A DNA stretch of 64,000 bases from a virus. This document shows positions 22,380 to 31,751 of this stretch, in pieces (the stretch's first letter is position 1; every line of letters begins with the position of its first letter). Both the position numbers and the translations under genes were made by a program. The stretch spans positions 1 through 64,000 of the IMG/VR virus record IMGVR_UViG_3300017917_001958; one strand, given 5' to 3'. The notes beneath the pieces were generated by a model. That model had not been told where the DNA came from. It saw only the letters and a list, made by a program, of their open reading frames with translations, and searched no databases.

Positions 22380-23387
22380 TTATTCTTCAATACTTGGTTC
22401 GTCAAAATTTTCAACAAGTTCTAACTCTCCAGTGATTCCTAAAGTTTCTTTCCAAAGTGATGAATATTCTTTTTTATATTCGTCCAACGCTTCTTTAGTA
22501 TCATCAATATATCCGGTAGGTACCGCAATTACTTTTCCATCTTTATATTGTAGACCATTAACATGGTTCTTTAAAACAGAGATTTTTGTTCTAATTGCAA
22601 ACGCCACTTTTCTACCATCTTTAACCGCATCGATGTGATTAATTCCGGCTTTCTTTTGGTTACCAAATAAAAATACAAATGATGATGCTAACCATAATGC
22701 TTCACCACCTTTTGCTTTAATTTCAGGTTGACCAAATGGATTATCCGGTAGATCAACCCATGGTTGATTAACCACAACTAATGTACTGTATAATGGATTT
22801 TCTTTTGTTGGGTAATCTTCTTTTTTAGATTTAGAAATTCTTGAATGAAGACCCATTCCAATTTTATCTGCGAGAGCAGCTGCATTATGTTGCTTACCTC
22901 CCTTACCTTCAAATGTCATTTTACATGGAACCGAACCAACGGAATCCCATAAAAATAAAATTGATTGTGTGATGTCACCTTTTTCTTGTGCATCTAACAC
23001 TTCATGCATGAAATCTGTAATTTGTTCGATATATTCAAAACTATCGTTAAAAATAAAATCACCAATCCATTCACCATTTACATCTTTTTCCGCTTGTAAT
23101 CCTAATTGAATTGCATGTTCCCAATTCCATTTTTTTTCTGTGATAATAAAAACAGGTAAGTGACCTTTCTTTTGAGCGTCCGCAGCTGCTAAAATCATTG
23201 CCGTTGTTTTTGACGTATTAGAATGTCCTAATAACATATTAATACCACCCATAATTGGTCCGGGTAATCCCGTTGCCTTTAAAAAAGCTTCTCCGCAGTA
23301 ATAATAACTCGGATCTTTATATTTTGTAGTCGATGAAAATTTTTTCTTTATATCTGAATCAAATGTTTTTTTCTTAATTCCGGCCAT
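22380..23387 (-). CDS. RecA/UvsX-like recombinase
   Basis: P-loop LGHSNTSKTT, ITEKK, FLWDSVGS, VVNQ, KGGEAL and KNHV motifs. Start moved to ATG 23387 because the listed upstream extension lies within a terminator hairpin. Confidence 0.85.
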   Translation of the reverse strand: MAGIKKKTFDSDIKKKFSSTTKYKDPSYYYCGEAFLKATGLPGPIMGGINMLLGHSNTSKTTAMILAAADAQKKGHLPVFIITEKKWNWEHAIQLGLQAEKDVNGEWIGDFIFNDSFEYIEQITDFMHEVLDAQEKGDITQSILFLWDSVGSVPCKMTFEGKGGKQHNAAALADKIGMGLHSRISKSKKEDYPTKENPLYSTLVVVNQPWVDLPDNPFGQPEIKAKGGEALWLASSFVFLFGNQKKAGINHIDAVKDGRKVAFAIRTKISVLKNHVNGLQYKDGKVIAVPTGYIDDTKEALDEYKKEYSSLWKETLGITGELELVENFDEPSIEE

Positions 23388-23407
23388 ATATTTAATTTTT
23401 TTAAGAA

Positions 23408-23448
23408 AAGAATCCCCAGTAAACAAACGCAGGAAACCGGGGATTCTT
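23408..23448 (-). terminator. Stem-loop / terminator between SSB and recombinase genes
   Basis: AAGAATCCCC (23408-17) pairs with GGGGATTCTT (23439-48) and is extendable by G-U pairing on the minus transcript; followed by UUCUU. Confidence 0.65.
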
Positions 23449-23468
23449 AATATTATTTAATTTATTTA

Positions 23469-24305
23469 CTAAAATGGTAAGTCATCATCAACCTCACTAT
23501 CTTCCTGTGGGTCTACAATAGGTGTTGATGGTTTCGTGATTGTTTCGTCACTAGTACTGTTTGAAACATATTTCTTTAGGTCTGAGTCCCAACGTGGTAC
23601 CTCTCCTTTTGCTATTAATTCCAAATAATCCTCACTCTTTTTAGCATAAACATCAGACCAAACTAAACTATCTTCTAACCAAGATTTTGCAATATTTTCA
23701 TCAGTGTGTAATGGACTTGCATCTTCAGGGATAATTGAGTTAATAACCGTGTATTCACTACCTTTACCTGATTTAGATAATGTTAAAGATAAAATTAAAT
23801 CTCTACCATTTTCTGGATTGGTAATATCCCCTTTATTACGAAAGATTGGGAATATTTTATCTAAGGTACCATCACCTTTAGCATTATGTTTAAATCTCCA
23901 AAATTTTACTCCATCATTTTCTTTATCTCGATCGATAACTTTTACAATATAAAATTTACGGGATCTGTATTGACGAGCCAATTCTTTATCGGATTCATCT
24001 CCGGTTGACATTAATCCGTCATATACGTCATTTAAAGGTGAACGTTTTCCTTCTTGTTTTGGGTCGTATACTTTAACCCATTTACCATCCACTTGAACTT
24101 CGTGGAAATAAACCTCAACAAATGGTGATGAACCATCTTTTGTAGGTAAAATCCTAACTCTTCTTTCTTCTCCTTTAGAACCCTTAGGTAATAAAGTAGT
24201 GAAAAACTTTTTCATTCGATCCTCTTGAGGAACTTTGTTTCCATTGCCACCTGTGGCGTTTTTACTTTTCTCATACTGAGACATTACTGAATCATACGTT
24301 GACAT
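23469..24305 (-). CDS. Single-stranded DNA-binding protein (T4 gp32-like)
   Basis: RVRILP...PFVEVYFH, FYIVKVIDR, DITNPENGRDL and acidic tail DSEVDDDLPF; next to the recombinase. Confidence 0.85.
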   Translation of the reverse strand: MSTYDSVMSQYEKSKNATGGNGNKVPQEDRMKKFFTTLLPKGSKGEERRVRILPTKDGSSPFVEVYFHEVQVDGKWVKVYDPKQEGKRSPLNDVYDGLMSTGDESDKELARQYRSRKFYIVKVIDRDKENDGVKFWRFKHNAKGDGTLDKIFPIFRNKGDITNPENGRDLILSLTLSKSGKGSEYTVINSIIPEDASPLHTDENIAKSWLEDSLVWSDVYAKKSEDYLELIAKGEVPRWDSDLKKYVSNSTSDETITKPSTPIVDPQEDSEVDDDLPF

Positions 24306-24343
24306 GTTTTTAAAATTTAAATTGTTTATGTTAAAATATAGAT

Positions 24344-24372
24344 AAAAAAACCCGAATTAAAAAATCCGGGTT
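24344..24372 (-). terminator. Intrinsic terminator after the ferritin-like gene
   Basis: Minus strand AACCCGGA-loop-TTCGGGTT followed by a T run. Confidence 0.7.
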
Positions 24373-24392
24373 AATTTTTTTTGAAATTTTTT

Positions 24393-24764
24393 TTATTCTA
24401 ATGTTAATAAGTAATTTAGTTTATAAAATAAACCTAACATTTCATCTCGAATATTTAATAAATTAGTATCTGTTTGATCTAATTCGTCCGTTAATTGTAT
24501 AAATGCATCACAAACGGTTTTAACCATTGCTTTTGTATCAATTTCTGATAAATTTGACAATTGGATTGTTTTTGTTTCTTCATCTAATATAAATCTACCA
24601 TACTTTCCCATTGCTTCTTCAACGTATGAATCTACTAAATCAAGTAATTCACCGAAAGTATCGTCAAACGCTTTATGTCTTGCATATCCTTTTGTTTGCC
24701 AATGTAAAATTTTAATTTGACACTGCAAACCAAGAAAAAAGTTTACGTTAGTACTTAAATTCAT
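24393..24764 (-). CDS. Ferritin/Dps-like four-helix protein (DUF5856-like)
   Basis: LHWQTKGYARHKAFD...LVDSYVEEAMGKYGR...LLNIRDEMLG...YLLTL resembles the Dps-like ferroxidase pattern seen in large phages. Confidence 0.7.
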   Translation of the reverse strand: MNLSTNVNFFLGLQCQIKILHWQTKGYARHKAFDDTFGELLDLVDSYVEEAMGKYGRFILDEETKTIQLSNLSEIDTKAMVKTVCDAFIQLTDELDQTDTNLLNIRDEMLGLFYKLNYLLTLE

Positions 24765-25407
24765 CTTCTTGTTGTTCTGGGTTAAATGATGATCTTATGG
24801 TGTCTTTCGAATAATTTTGAATTTCGTCTTTTCTTAAAACGTATTCATTTTTACCGGATGCTTGCATCTCACCTTGTTTATGTGCAAAAAATTCTTGTGG
24901 TTTCTCGTTAAATGGATATGAATCTAATGAACGCATTTCTAATTTTTCTTGTGGTGTTTCTGGTTTCATTTTTTCAACCTGTTGACCTAAATTATCTATT
25001 TTATTCATAAGTGCGTCCATTTCACCAAGTTTTGCTTCCAAATCCGTTAGTTTAGTGAACACATCATCCATTTTAGCTATAACCGCACCATGATCTTGTT
25101 TATTGCTATCAATATCTTTTTTAATATTTTTAGTCATATTAACTAAATCGGTAATATCAATCTCTTCTGTGGTATCAGTATCCATTGGAGTTGTGCCCGC
25201 ATCTGTTATTGGTGGTACCTCTGCTGTTGCATTTGGATCAGTCGCTCCAGCATCTGGTGTTGGTGGTACCTCTGCTGTTGCATCCGGTGCCGGTACTTCT
25301 GTTTCTGGTGTCGGAGGTGGAACATCTTGTTCCATTATCATTTTTTTAGCGTATTTGTTAATAGCATTAAAACGTTTAACCTCTTCTAATAATTTTTTCT
25401 CTAACAT
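24748..25407 (-). CDS. Hypothetical acidic coiled-coil protein, possibly head-associated (219 aa)
   Basis: N-terminal LLEEVKRF motif, Pro/Thr/Ala/Asp low-complexity linker with an internal duplication (ATAEVPP x2) and a coiled coil. Confidence 0.55.
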   Translation of the reverse strand: MLEKKLLEEVKRFNAINKYAKKMIMEQDVPPPTPETEVPAPDATAEVPPTPDAGATDPNATAEVPPITDAGTTPMDTDTTEEIDITDLVNMTKNIKKDIDSNKQDHGAVIAKMDDVFTKLTDLEAKLGEMDALMNKIDNLGQQVEKMKPETPQEKLEMRSLDSYPFNEKPQEFFAHKQGEMQASGKNEYVLRKDEIQNYSKDTIRSSFNPEQQEDEFKY

Positions 25408-25410
25408 GAT

Positions 25411-25614
25411 TTAATCTTGTAATAGTTGTCTACCATCATTTGTGATGTATTTTTTATTTATTCTTTCGACGATTCCGTCTTTTTCTCGAATTGTATAACA
25501 TTCTCCCGTTAACATATCACATTCTTCTCTTTCCATTCCATCGTTAGAAACTTTTCTAACTTGTTTTGGTTTTAAGAATTGATTAATAGTATTATTGATT
25601 TTTGAGTTTTCCAT
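25411..25614 (-). CDS. Hypothetical protein (67 aa)
   Basis: Short ORF preceded by the TATTTATA motif and co-oriented with its neighbours. Confidence 0.6.
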   Translation of the reverse strand: MENSKINNTINQFLKPKQVRKVSNDGMEREECDMLTGECYTIREKDGIVERINKKYITNDGRQLLQD

Positions 25615-25651
25615 ACTTTTTTATATAAATATCTTAATTTTATTAATATTC

Positions 25652-28600
25652 TTATATTATATTAAAATATACTATATCACCTTCGAATAGTTTTAGTTTT
25701 TCCATTAAAGCTGGTGACATACCCATACCATAATTTGTTACTGTTGGACCTATATTTATCGGTCCTTGTACTTTTCTTTTTGGTGACGTGTCAGTATCTA
25801 ATAAATATTTTGATTCTAACATAAGACTTTTTTTATTTTGAGGGTTATAAAATTCAGTTTTAACCGTTGGTCCCATTATAATATCCGCAGTAACTTTTTT
25901 TGATAACTTGAATTTAGTTGAATAAAATAAGTAATCGGTATTTTTGATTTCTGACCATTTTAAATTCTTTGGTTTTACTGTATATGAACTTAACTGATTA
26001 ATTAAACTCATATCCATGTCGTCACTTACCGGATAATTTTCACCACCCATTCTAACAACACTCGCTCTTAACCATTCTTTATTATTTATTTTAATTTTTT
26101 GAATATATTGTTCGTTTTCCGCACCATTATATGGTATACCATACTTTGTTATACCGATATCTTTAATAAACATATCATTTTTCTCAGAATTCAATAATTT
26201 AATGATATCCGTGGTATAGCTTCCTGAAGAAGTGTTGATTGTTATAGTTGTTGGTGTAACTGTTTTATCCGTATTATTAACTTTTGCAATGGCTTTTTTA
26301 GCTATTGAATCAAACAATACTCTATAACTAGACGTAAACGAGTCTTTTGGATCCGGTAACGATGCATATGGTATTCTTGATCCTTTAAATGTTGTTGTTA
26401 TATTATTATTTCTAATATTATGAGTGACTTCCGTAATCCAATAAGACCCCCTAAACATTGGTACATTTTTTAAATAAAAAAACATTGTAGGTTGAATCAT
26501 AACATTTCCCATACATGTAACTTCACATGAATATGATGCTTGTCGATAATATTCAAATAAACCAATATCTACATTATATGCACCCGCACCTGATTCGGAT
26601 TTTGCAATATTTTCCAAAACCACAAAAGATTCTGATGTGTTTTTTAAAGATGATTGATTTAATTGTAACCCTTTAAATATACTTTGATTTTGATCACCAA
26701 AACTAACTTCAAAAGCAACAACTTTATTTGATTTAGCCAAATCACCAGTATTGAAAACTGCCGGTGTTGTAATCATCATTGGATTATTATTGTTATCGCC
26801 AATATAGTAACTGTCGTCATTATATTTAAATTTACTTCCCATATCTGTGGGATATTTTGAAACTGGACCTGTAAATTGTATAATGATTTTTGGCGAAGAA
26901 TCTTGATAATCAACATCTAAGAACGTCCCAAATAAATTTTCTGCAACCTTTTTAGAGGGTGTTATTTTAGATTGATTATTGAAATTAGTACCATAAAAAT
27001 TAACATATGCCGGTAACGGTCTCATATCAAATCCGGTACCCTGTATTAACATTGAAATTACACTATATAGATTTGTTTTTTCATTTTTAGGATCACCTAA
27101 CGATTTTAATCTTTGAATGTTAAGAAAAACTTTATCTCCAATATCTTTATTTGCTTTATCTAAGAATAAAAATTCTTCCAATAATAATCTTTGTCCGATA
27201 GAATTCCCACCAATCCATTTATCATTAAATGATTTGAAATAATTATATAATTCAATTTTAGTGTCTCTATTATTATATCCATCAATAATTGTTGTATTGT
27301 TTGTGGTTGTTTGATATTTTAAATCGTTAAATTTAGATGTTAAAATTGTTAAAAATAATGATAATCTATTTACAGAACCCGAAACTTCATTTTTTGAATT
27401 GTTTTTTAAAAATATATTATCATTTATATATTTTTGGAATGTTTTTTTATCTGATAATCCTCCTGATTTTCTATAACCCGCATAAATCAATATCAATGGT
27501 CTAAATTGAATTATGTTTGTTTCATTTAGTTCGACATCATTAGTTATAAAAAATTCATTATAATATGAATCAATGTCTTCACCAATATACAGTTTTATTA
27601 AATCTAAATTATTTTGAGTTGATTGAGATGGATCATATTCATTATAAGTAAACGGTATAAATTCATCATTTACATTTAATTCAGAAAAACCTTTAAATAC
27701 ATACGCATCGATTTCTTTAGGATTACCGATTGTTATTTTAATCCAATTATCAACTGACAACATATCGGTAGTTACATCTTTTAAGTTTTCTTCTTGTCTT
27801 TTTTTGATTGTGGTAATTAATTCATCAATATTTGTACTATCTGATTTTGTTTTTTTAACCGTTAAAATCCCTTTTAATATGTCCTGAAATTGATAATAAT
27901 ATACTTTTTCAAATCTTTTATATGGTGATTCTTCCTTTCCTTTTTCGGATGAAAATTGTAAAAACATGTCTTCAAATTCATCTAATATTTTTGGACTAAA
28001 TGTACCAATCAAATCGATTACTTTTCTATAGTTCTCAGATATTGAATATTTGTTATCATATAGTTCTCTTGTTGTTCCAGTAACAAAACTTCTATGATAT
28101 TGATCGTATGATGGAAATGTTTTACCACTAAATGTGTCATTAACATAATCATCATCCCATAGCACTCTAAAATTTGATTGTTCCTCAACTTCAAATGATT
28201 TATTCGAAGTATATGGGAAGTTAGGAAAAACACCTAATATTTTAGCGGTTTGTTCGTTGGTTACTATTTTTTTACCGATGGTACTATTATTTCCATCAGA
28301 CGGTAACAATGTATATCTTAAATCAGTATTATCAAATTTTGAATTATCTACAAATCCAGTCCAATAATTAATTTCGCTAGTAGAATCTTTACGTTTTCTT
28401 TCATTAATTGCTCCGGCATTTACATTTACATTAAAAGATGTGCTACCCGATGCAATGATATAGTGGTTATAACCATTTATGATTTCATGATATAATGCGT
28501 CATAATACGGATGAATACCGGTATCTTTATTATCACTATATGTTAAGTAATCGGTACCTATTTGAAATATATCGCCATCATTATCATCAAAAAACAAACT

Positions 28601-31438
28601 TCCATCAATATTAGTAGTGTTGTTACTATTATCTAAAAAACCACTTAATATATCAATACCTTCTAGTATGTATTTTTTATATCTATGGTATATGGATCCC
28701 CATTTGACAATTAAATGATATGGAACAAAATGTGATGCACCAACTTCTTTAAATAGGTTAGACATCCTAACATTAATGTTACTCGTTGCTGTCGAACCTT
28801 CGGTTATGGTTAAAAATCCTAACTCATCTTCAAGATCACGAAATGGTAATGAATTTAATAAAAGATATGCCGAACCTTTAAATTTTCCATATTGATTAGT
28901 TGTGATAAAATCATTATATAATTGTTTATGGAAATACGGTGTGTTTAATATGTGTATATTACTATTACCTATATTTAATTTATTTAAAAATAAATTTTCA
29001 GTAAATCCCGATTTAACCCAAGATATTCTATTTTGACCTGAACAAATAAATCCATCATTTAAATCTACTTTTAAGTTTTTACCAAATTTATTAATTTCAT
29101 ATTTTTCTTTATTAATATAAGAAAGATATAAATCAGAAGTAAATGGATATATTTTTTTTCTATATGATTCAACCGAATAATTTTGTAAAAAATTATTTAA
29201 ATTAACAAAAGAATTTAAATTTTTTGTTTCGGGTGATTTGTCAAGATATTGTTCTATTTTTATAGGATATTCCAACGAATCTTTAATATATGGTACCGTT
29301 GGTAATTCATCTTTATAATATGGGTATCTTTCAAAAGGAGAAAATGATTGTAATGAATTTCTTAAATCTTCTGCAGTTTTTATCCTATTATGTAATAATC
29401 CAATTAAATCATCATCTTCTTTTATTGATTCTTTTATATTTTCAAATTCAATTTCTGATAATTCTTTTAATGTTTCATTATCAAAAGAATCAATTAATGT
29501 ATAAAAATTAGATCTTTCCCAAATTTCATATAAAAAAGATGATAATGATTTATCTGTATATGGTAAAAAATCTGAAACTTCAGATAATGAACTTATTTTT
29601 GTAATTTTACTTTCATCTATATTAGTACCAAATGTAACATTATTATTTATATTTTCTTTATCACTTAACGTATCTATTTTATTTGTCGCAACCCCAATGT
29701 AATTTTCTAAAAATTCAACTTCAGGCCACAAACTCATATTGTTTGATTTTAATTTCTCCTGTAGTTCCGGTTCTGCCGGATATGCTATTACTTTTTGTTT
29801 TTCACCTGAAACGCTTTTTTTAATTTCAGGCCAAGGATAAATATTTTCACCAGTACTTTCATCAGAAAATCCTTCTATTAATTTTTTTCTTTCCTTTGAT
29901 GCATCAAATGCCCTTTGGTGAACATCTTTCATTAATCTGACATAAACTTCCGCATTTGCTAAGATTACCGCAAATATGTTTCTTACTGTTGGAGAAAAAC
30001 CAATTCCACCTCTACCGGTATCTTTAATAACATTATTCATCTCCTCTTCTACTTTCTTCTCCAAAATGTCTTTTTGTTCATTAAATGATTTTCTTATTTC
30101 GGATAATCGTTTAAATAACTCATCTTTAGCAACAACATACTGTCCATTTATTTTTGTAACATAATCATCTAACGAACCTAAATTTTTTGCTACTATTTTT
30201 TCTTTTTTAAAATTAGCGTTTGTTTTATTTAATAATGAATTGTTAAATAATTCATTTTCATTTAATGATTTTTTAGATGATTCAATTATATTTTCTAATG
30301 TTTTATTTGCTGTTGTTCCGGATATATTTACCGGATCTGTTTTATCCTTAGCGGATAATTCATAATAATTAACATTATTTTTAGGTGTAATATTATTAGT
30401 TAGGTACCTAACGCACCAAGAATTAATATTATTTTCAATACCATTTATTGTATCTTCAAAACTTTTTAGACCTGAAAATAATTTCATACTTACTACTTGA
30501 TCTAAAATTTGTTTTTCTAATATTTTATCTAACGTTTCTGCAACTACTAAAAGTTCTCTTAATGTTTTATTAGGAAAATCTTTCGGTAATAAACCTTTTT
30601 GTTTATATTCAGAATATACCGTTTTTAATATTTGATAACCCTTTGATGATTTTGATATTTTTTGTTCTGAATTGTTTGTTTTAGTATTTGTATTAGAATT
30701 TACATCCGTTCTATTTGGATACATGTATGGTGCATTTAACATACCTTTAAGTGGTATATCATTAAGCCAAGCAAATGTTGATCCAACAAATGTGGTTTCA
30801 ACTTCAAAATTACCATTAGTTTCATTATATTTTGTATTAAACTTAATAAGATGTAATCTATATTTTATTGCCTTACCATAAAATCCTTTTATTGTTAAGT
30901 AATATATTGGCCAAGGTATATGAAAAAATGCACTATAAGGTGAATTTTCAGGTGATTCAAACAAAGTTTTACCCCTTACATCAATAAAATTAATTTGTAC
31001 TTGTGGTATTGAATTAATTCCTTTTATTGAAATATTAATTGAATCTATCCCAAATGATTGTCCGGTTTTATCTGATTGATAAAAAACACCTGTACCTAAA
31101 GAATTACCGTTTTTATCTTTTTTTGTTTTTTGATCAAAATTTAAGTAGGTGTCAGTCCAAGTTGAATCGTAGTCACCTCCTTCTGCGTTTTTTAAAAAAT
31201 TTAATGTTCCTTGAGCTATTGAAGTTAATGTATTTTTATCATTTTCGGATGTTAATATTGATCTTGGAATAATATCAGCTTCTAAATTAACATACATCAC
31301 CAACTTTTCTTGTTCGATGTTTCTTGGTAATATAGTACCATCACTATGAATTACACTATTAGGATCGATATAAATTAAATTATTTTCATCAACCTTTACT
31401 AAAATGTTTTCGCTATTTGTTATTTTATTGTTCCCCAT
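25652..31438 (-). CDS. Baseplate hub-like protein (gp27/VgrG/late control D fold) with a very large insertion (1928 aa)
   Basis: N-terminal FGIDSINISI...PQVQINFIDVRG and C-terminal CEVTCMGNVMIQPTMFFYL...GSYWITEVTHNI...TTTFKGSR resemble hub barrel strands; follows the gp53-like gene. Confidence 0.65.
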   Translation of the reverse strand: MGNNKITNSENILVKVDENNLIYIDPNSVIHSDGTILPRNIEQEKLVMYVNLEADIIPRSILTSENDKNTLTSIAQGTLNFLKNAEGGDYDSTWTDTYLNFDQKTKKDKNGNSLGTGVFYQSDKTGQSFGIDSINISIKGINSIPQVQINFIDVRGKTLFESPENSPYSAFFHIPWPIYYLTIKGFYGKAIKYRLHLIKFNTKYNETNGNFEVETTFVGSTFAWLNDIPLKGMLNAPYMYPNRTDVNSNTNTKTNNSEQKISKSSKGYQILKTVYSEYKQKGLLPKDFPNKTLRELLVVAETLDKILEKQILDQVVSMKLFSGLKSFEDTINGIENNINSWCVRYLTNNITPKNNVNYYELSAKDKTDPVNISGTTANKTLENIIESSKKSLNENELFNNSLLNKTNANFKKEKIVAKNLGSLDDYVTKINGQYVVAKDELFKRLSEIRKSFNEQKDILEKKVEEEMNNVIKDTGRGGIGFSPTVRNIFAVILANAEVYVRLMKDVHQRAFDASKERKKLIEGFSDESTGENIYPWPEIKKSVSGEKQKVIAYPAEPELQEKLKSNNMSLWPEVEFLENYIGVATNKIDTLSDKENINNNVTFGTNIDESKITKISSLSEVSDFLPYTDKSLSSFLYEIWERSNFYTLIDSFDNETLKELSEIEFENIKESIKEDDDLIGLLHNRIKTAEDLRNSLQSFSPFERYPYYKDELPTVPYIKDSLEYPIKIEQYLDKSPETKNLNSFVNLNNFLQNYSVESYRKKIYPFTSDLYLSYINKEKYEINKFGKNLKVDLNDGFICSGQNRISWVKSGFTENLFLNKLNIGNSNIHILNTPYFHKQLYNDFITTNQYGKFKGSAYLLLNSLPFRDLEDELGFLTITEGSTATSNINVRMSNLFKEVGASHFVPYHLIVKWGSIYHRYKKYILEGIDILSGFLDNSNNTTNIDGSLFFDDNDGDIFQIGTDYLTYSDNKDTGIHPYYDALYHEIINGYNHYIIASGSTSFNVNVNAGAINERKRKDSTSEINYWTGFVDNSKFDNTDLRYTLLPSDGNNSTIGKKIVTNEQTAKILGVFPNFPYTSNKSFEVEEQSNFRVLWDDDYVNDTFSGKTFPSYDQYHRSFVTGTTRELYDNKYSISENYRKVIDLIGTFSPKILDEFEDMFLQFSSEKGKEESPYKRFEKVYYYQFQDILKGILTVKKTKSDSTNIDELITTIKKRQEENLKDVTTDMLSVDNWIKITIGNPKEIDAYVFKGFSELNVNDEFIPFTYNEYDPSQSTQNNLDLIKLYIGEDIDSYYNEFFITNDVELNETNIIQFRPLILIYAGYRKSGGLSDKKTFQKYINDNIFLKNNSKNEVSGSVNRLSLFLTILTSKFNDLKYQTTTNNTTIIDGYNNRDTKIELYNYFKSFNDKWIGGNSIGQRLLLEEFLFLDKANKDIGDKVFLNIQRLKSLGDPKNEKTNLYSVISMLIQGTGFDMRPLPAYVNFYGTNFNNQSKITPSKKVAENLFGTFLDVDYQDSSPKIIIQFTGPVSKYPTDMGSKFKYNDDSYYIGDNNNNPMMITTPAVFNTGDLAKSNKVVAFEVSFGDQNQSIFKGLQLNQSSLKNTSESFVVLENIAKSESGAGAYNVDIGLFEYYRQASYSCEVTCMGNVMIQPTMFFYLKNVPMFRGSYWITEVTHNIRNNNITTTFKGSRIPYASLPDPKDSFTSSYRVLFDSIAKKAIAKVNNTDKTVTPTTITINTSSGSYTTDIIKLLNSEKNDMFIKDIGITKYGIPYNGAENEQYIQKIKINNKEWLRASVVRMGGENYPVSDDMDMSLINQLSSYTVKPKNLKWSEIKNTDYLFYSTKFKLSKKVTADIIMGPTVKTEFYNPQNKKSLMLESKYLLDTDTSPKRKVQGPINIGPTVTNYGMGMSPALMEKLKLFEGDIVYFNII

Positions 31439-31751
31439 AATATAAGTTATACAATTCTACGCCTCTTTTGTAATCTTGTAAAGTAGTTATTAAAGGAAAT
31501 GGTATTCTGATCATAAAGTTATCAGGAATTTCAAATTCAACACTTCCGGCTAATGGATTCGCTAATAGTATTAACCAACCAAATGTCGGTGAACTATAAA
31601 AAGTGTCTGATAACTTATCCAACCTATCTTTCCCTTTTTTAAATTGAATGTATTTGTCAGTTCCTTTTATAGGTATTTCAATACCCGGAACAATTCTGAA
31701 TTTACCGTCATCTATGAAAAATTGATACCTATCAAAATAATCTCTACTCAT
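31425..31751 (-). CDS. LysM-like baseplate wedge protein (T4 gp53 / P2 gpX-like)
   Basis: KDRLDKLSDTFYSSPTFGWLILLANP...IRIP is the tail-X/LysM pattern. Confidence 0.8.
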   Translation of the reverse strand: MSRDYFDRYQFFIDDGKFRIVPGIEIPIKGTDKYIQFKKGKDRLDKLSDTFYSSPTFGWLILLANPLAGSVEFEIPDNFMIRIPFPLITTLQDYKRGVELYNLYYGEQ

